This document shows positions 29,021 through 32,000 of a stretch of DNA of 32,000 nt, in pieces. The position numbers and the translations under genes were made by a program. The notes beneath the pieces are model-generated. The model saw only the letters and a program-made list of their open reading frames with translations. It had not been told where the DNA came from and did no database searches. Position 1 is the stretch's first letter, and every line of letters begins with the position of its first letter. The stretch is from Copranaerobaculum intestinale (lineage in GTDB: Bacteria; Bacillota_I; Bacilli_A; Erysipelotrichales; Erysipelotrichaceae), in NCBI RefSeq assembly GCF_009831105.1, contig NZ_WUUQ01000003.1, positions 1-32,000 on the forward strand, in the 5' to 3' direction.

Positions 29021-29759
29021 TGAAGATTACGTAAAAAGTGCTATTAAGAGCGGATTTGACGTGCTGGGTTTTTCTGATCATACGCCATGGAAGTATGAAT
29101 CGGATTTCAAAGCCAATATGCGTATGCCGCTTTCACAATTTCAGGATTACTATCAAAGCATATCCTCTCTGCGTGAGAAATATAAGGATCAGATTGAAAT
29201 TCTGATCGGTTTGGAATGTGAGTATTATCCGAAGTATATGGATTGGCTGAAGCAGTTTCTTAAGGATGAGAAAATCGATTATATTCTGTTCGGTAATCAT
29301 TATCAGAAAACGGATGAAATTCATCGCTATTACGGGCGTATCTGCAAAGATGCAGAATCACTGAATGCTTATGTGGAGGATGCTATCGCCGGAATGGAAA
29401 CGGGATTGTACAGTTATTTAGCGCATCCTGAGCTCTTTATGCGCTGCTATCCGAAGTTTGATGAAGCCTGTCGGGAAGCCTCCATCCACATTTGCGAAGC
29501 GGCCAAACGACTGCATATTCCGCTTGAATACAATTTGGCTGGTTTGGCGTATAATGAACAGATGCATACCGAAGAATATCCGCATCACTGCTTTTGGGAA
29601 ATTGCGGCGGAAATGGAATGTGATGCGATTGTCGGCGTAGATGCCCATGATAATCAGGACTTAGAAAATTCAGGCCGCTGGCAGCGTGCGCATGAGTATT
29701 TGAATAGTCTGCACATGCATGTGCTGGATCATATTGAACCTCATTATTTCGGAAAATAA
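28965..29759 (+). CDS. PHP-domain phosphoesterase (HisJ-family histidinol-phosphatase-like)
   Basis: ...KANYHTHTRRC.H...GFSDHTP... PHP metal-binding motifs. I prefer the GTG at 28965 (GGAGGGG 6 nt upstream). The ORF-track ATG at 28950 is the alternative. Confidence 0.8.
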   Translation: MKANYHTHTRRCMHAVGSDEDYVKSAIKSGFDVLGFSDHTPWKYESDFKANMRMPLSQFQDYYQSISSLREKYKDQIEILIGLECEYYPKYMDWLKQFLKDEKIDYILFGNHYQKTDEIHRYYGRICKDAESLNAYVEDAIAGMETGLYSYLAHPELFMRCYPKFDEACREASIHICEAAKRLHIPLEYNLAGLAYNEQMHTEEYPHHCFWEIAAEMECDAIVGVDAHDNQDLENSGRWQRAHEYLNSLHMHVLDHIEPHYFGK

Positions 29760-29780
29760 GGCAGAAATGCCTTTTTTTTC
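29758..29780 (+). terminator. Rho-independent terminator
   Basis: aaggca (29758-29763) / tgcctt (29768-29773), loop gaaa, then a T8 run. Confidence 0.6.
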
Positions 29781-29913
29781 TGTTATGAAAACGCGCGGTT
29801 ACCTTTGGATTTCTTTTATATGCAAGGGAATGAATGCATAAAAGAGTAAAACGATGGATTTTTTCTTAATTTCAGAGCATAATGTAGCTAAAGAAAAACG
29901 GAGGTAACAAGCA

Positions 29914-30540
29914 ATGGATTTAAAAGCATTTTTTAAGCTGAGCTACGGATTATATGTAATCAGCAGCAGTGTAGGCGATCATAAAGCCGGATGTGTTGCC
30001 AATACGCTGAATCAGGTAACCAATGACCCTGCCCGCATGTCGGTAACGCTGAATAAAGATAATGACACCATGCAGACAATTGCAAAGAGCGGACGCTTTG
30101 CGGCGATCGTGTTAAGTGAATCGACAAATATGGAGCTCATTAAAACATTTGGTTTTCAATCTTCTAAGGATACGGATAAATTTTCAGGATACGATACCAA
30201 GATGGATGAACTAGGTTCACCATACATCACTGATCATGCAACAGCAAGATTCACTTGCAAAGTTGTGAATCAGATTGATTTGGGAACACACGTTATGTTT
30301 ATCGGTGAAGTGGAAAGTGCAGAGGTACTCAGCGAAGAGCCGGTCATGACGTATGCGTATTATCATCAGGTGAAGAATGGTGCGACACCGAAGAATGCCC
30401 CAAGCTATCAAAAGGAAACAAAGAAGGTCGGTTGGCGCTGTACGATCTGCGGTTATATCTACGATGGTGATCCGCTTCCTGAGGATTATATCTGTCCGCT
30501 GTGCGGTGCTCCGGCAAGCGCATTCGAAAAATTATCATAA
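29914..30540 (+). CDS. Flavin reductase-domain protein fused to a C-terminal rubredoxin module (high-molecular-weight rubredoxin, Hrb-like)
   Basis: 208 aa. The N-terminal ~165 aa are flavin_reduct-like (...[12 protein letters not shown]...GCVANT...). The C-terminal part is [33 protein letters not shown] (30433-30537). GGAGG lies 9 nt upstream. Confidence 0.85.
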   Translation: MDLKAFFKLSYGLYVISSSVGDHKAGCVANTLNQVTNDPARMSVTLNKDNDTMQTIAKSGRFAAIVLSESTNMELIKTFGFQSSKDTDKFSGYDTKMDELGSPYITDHATARFTCKVVNQIDLGTHVMFIGEVESAEVLSEEPVMTYAYYHQVKNGATPKNAPSYQKETKKVGWRCTICGYIYDGDPLPEDYICPLCGAPASAFEKLS

Positions 30541-30566
30541 ATACTGGCAACGCCAGTATTTTTTAC
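30541..30566 (+). terminator. Rho-independent terminator
   Basis: 8-bp stem atactggc / gccagtat with loop aac, followed by a T-run. Confidence 0.8.
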
Positions 30567-30649
30567 AATCGAATTATATGAAGCTAGATCATGAATGTAT
30601 ATAAAATGGGGAATAAGAAGTGATTTCTAACCATTAAGAACAAAAATTA

Positions 30650-30678
30650 TTGACACCACTATAAAAAACCTTTAAAAT
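30650..30678 (+). promoter_or_regulatory. rplM-rpsI promoter
   Basis: TTGACA (30650-30655), 17-nt spacer, TAAAAT (30673-30678). Confidence 0.6.
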
Positions 30679-30683
30679 ATTAA

Positions 30684-30738
30684 AAGGCACGTTTATGCCT
30701 TTGTAGCCCCGGAAACTACATTGGAAAGGAAAAAGATT
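30684..30738 (+). promoter_or_regulatory. rplM 5' leader, a possible L13-type ribosomal-protein leader
   Basis: Two small hairpins, aaggca/tgcctt (30684-30701) and gtag/ctac (30703-30719), sit just before the RBS. The position matches the known L13 leader of Bacillota, but I could not score it against a covariance model. Confidence 0.35.
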
Positions 30739-31176
30739 ATGCGCCAGACTACTTTTATAAAACCTGCTGAAGTACAGCGTACTTGGTACGTTGTTGATGG
30801 AGCAGGAAAAAACTTAGGTCGTATTGCTACAGAAGTAGCATCGGTTTTACGTGGTAAAAACAAACCGACATATACACCGAACGTCGACTGTGGAGATTAT
30901 GTTATCATTTTAAATGCTGACAAAATTGAACTGACAGGAAACAAATTTGAGAATAAAAAATATTATTCACACTCTATGTATCCAGGCGGACTGCGTGTTC
31001 GTACAGCACGCACTATGAAGGACAAATATACGGTTGAATGGGTTGAAAAAGCTGTTTACGGTATGCTTCCTCATACAAGACTTGGAAATGTACAGCGTAG
31101 ACATCTGTTTGTTTATACAGGTACAGAGCATCCGCATGCAGCACAGAAACCAGTTGAACTGGTTATCAAAGGTTAG
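30739..31176 (+). CDS. rplM: 50S ribosomal protein L13
   Basis: MRQTTFIKPAEVQRTWYVVDG... ATG at 30739. The ORF-track TTG at 30721 is an upstream artefact. Confidence 0.97.
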   Translation: MRQTTFIKPAEVQRTWYVVDGAGKNLGRIATEVASVLRGKNKPTYTPNVDCGDYVIILNADKIELTGNKFENKKYYSHSMYPGGLRVRTARTMKDKYTVEWVEKAVYGMLPHTRLGNVQRRHLFVYTGTEHPHAAQKPVELVIKG

Positions 31177-31188
31177 GAGGAATAAGAG

Positions 31189-31593
31189 ATGGCAGCTAAG
31201 AAAAATACAGTTACTTACAACGGCACAGGTCGCCGTAAAACATCAGTTGCTCGTGTCTTTATGACTCCGGGTAAAGGAAATATCGTTGTAAACGGTAAAA
31301 CACTTGAAGAATACTTACCACTGGAAACTCTGCGTATGGTTGTTCGTTCACCGCTTGAACTGACCGAAACTCTTGGCCAGTTTGACATTAAGATTAATGT
31401 CCAGGGCGGAGGATACACCGGACAGGCAGGTGCGATGCGCCATGGTATCACAAGAGCATTGATGGAAGCAAGCGCTGATTACCGTCCTGCGTTGAAAGCA
31501 GCTGGATTCGTTACCAGAGATCCACGTGCGAAAGAGCGTAAAAAGTACGGTCTCAAAGCAGCTCGTCGCGCTCCGCAGTTCAGCAAGCGATAA
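31189..31593 (+). CDS. rpsI: 30S ribosomal protein S9
   Basis: 134 aa, ...[12 protein letters not shown]...[19 protein letters not shown]...PQFSKR. Confidence 0.98.
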   Translation: MAAKKNTVTYNGTGRRKTSVARVFMTPGKGNIVVNGKTLEEYLPLETLRMVVRSPLELTETLGQFDIKINVQGGGYTGQAGAMRHGITRALMEASADYRPALKAAGFVTRDPRAKERKKYGLKAARRAPQFSKR

Positions 31594-31624
31594 TCGACTG
31601 CTCAGACTATATCAAAATGGTTCA

Positions 31625-31662
31625 AAAACCCCGGAAAATCAAGGTTTTCCGGGGTTTTCTTA
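31625..31662 (+). terminator. Rho-independent terminator of rplM-rpsI
   Basis: 14-bp perfect stem aaaaccccggaaaa (31625-31638) / ttttccggggtttt (31645-31658), loop tcaagg. Confidence 0.9.
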
Positions 31663-31683
31663 TACCTAAATGGGCTGATATGG

Positions 31684-31920
31684 TTTGACCAAATTTGACA
31701 AAACGAGAGCCGTTTTCACCCAATTTTTAGTGGTCCGCAAGTGGTTAACCGGCCAAAAAGGGGGTAAAAAGAGGGTCAAGTGGTTCCCAAAGTGGTTAAC
31801 CGAGAGCCGATTTGGGGGGTGTTTTGGGGGCGCTTTTCAGCCCTCCTTCCCCTCGTTTTTTTGGCTGTGGCAGTTTGGCATAGTTTGAGCTAATTTGAAT
31901 AATTGAATATGAATTTGATG
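31684..31920. repeat. Cluster of short direct repeats and helically phased TTTG(A) motifs in non-coding DNA
   Basis: AAGTGGTTAACCG occurs exactly twice (31739-31751, 31790-31802). The AGTGGT core occurs 4 times. CGAGAGCCG occurs twice (31704, 31801). TTTG starts at 31684, 31694, 31874, 31884, 31894 and 31914, all in the same 10-bp register. Confidence 0.7.
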
Positions 31921-32000
31921 TAGCACACAGATCACATAAATGACTGGGTGCTTTTTTCATTTCAGGAACTCGTATTCCGGCGATAGAAAGAGCCGTCACT

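Noticed and set aside
31685-31999. ORFs 31685..31888 (+, TTG start) and 31796..31999 (-) after rpsI
   Set aside because: Neither has a Shine-Dalgarno sequence. Their translations (KWLTGQKGGKKRVKWFPKWL..., ...PKKRGEGGLKSAPKTPPKS...) simply mirror the nucleotide repeats and G/C runs. I treat the region as non-coding repeat DNA. The minus-strand ORF touches the window edge, so a real C-terminus of an outside gene cannot be fully excluded.
1-32000. Search for CRISPR arrays, tRNA/rRNA genes, IS elements or transposases, integrases, toxin-antitoxin pairs and known defence-system signatures
   Set aside because: No spaced identical repeats of 24-40 nt, no cloverleaf-compatible segments in the intergenic regions, no DDE, tyrosine or serine recombinase motifs, and no nuclease or NTPase defence-type ORFs were seen. 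All long ORFs are accounted for by the annotated genes or are antisense shadows.

Overview
Most of this window is the conserved bacterial translation supercluster, all on the + strand, from a moderately AT-rich genome that looks like an anaerobic Bacillota by gene order and protein sequences. The core genes run in this order: str operon (rpsL-rpsG-fusA-tuf); S10/spc/alpha operons (rpsJ through rplQ, including secY-adk-map-infA-rpmJ-rpsM-rpsK-rpoA); the ECF-transporter energizing module ecfA1-ecfA2-ecfT; truA; and rplM-rpsI. Several promoters, leaders and rho-independent terminators bracket these operons. Non-core material sits in four places. (1) An AT-rich tract of about 1.2 kb lies upstream of rpsL and holds only a small minus-strand rubredoxin-like gene. 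(2) A block of about 5.5 kb lies between rplQ and ecfA1. It encodes a VanY-type M15B peptidase lipoprotein, a CapA-family lipoprotein, a YrrM/TrmR-like O-methyltransferase, a membrane-anchored acidic RraB-like protein, a minus-strand PNPOx-family flavoprotein, and an uncharacterised polytopic membrane protein whose C-terminal domain has His...Cys motifs like a permuted papain fold. (3) A PHP-family phosphatase and a flavin-reductase/rubredoxin fusion lie between truA and rplM. (4) A repeat-dense non-coding tract follows the rpsI terminator at the window edge. I found no rRNA, tRNA, CRISPR array, transposase, integrase or recognisable defence, toxin or secretion system. Nothing here amounts to a clear novel multi-gene system. 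The best leads are modest: the membrane/permuted-papain-like fusion protein, the phased repeats after rpsI (a possible mobile-element or regulatory boundary), the paired short-loop rubredoxin modules, the long Arg/Asn/Asp-rich tail on S3, and the missing rpmD.
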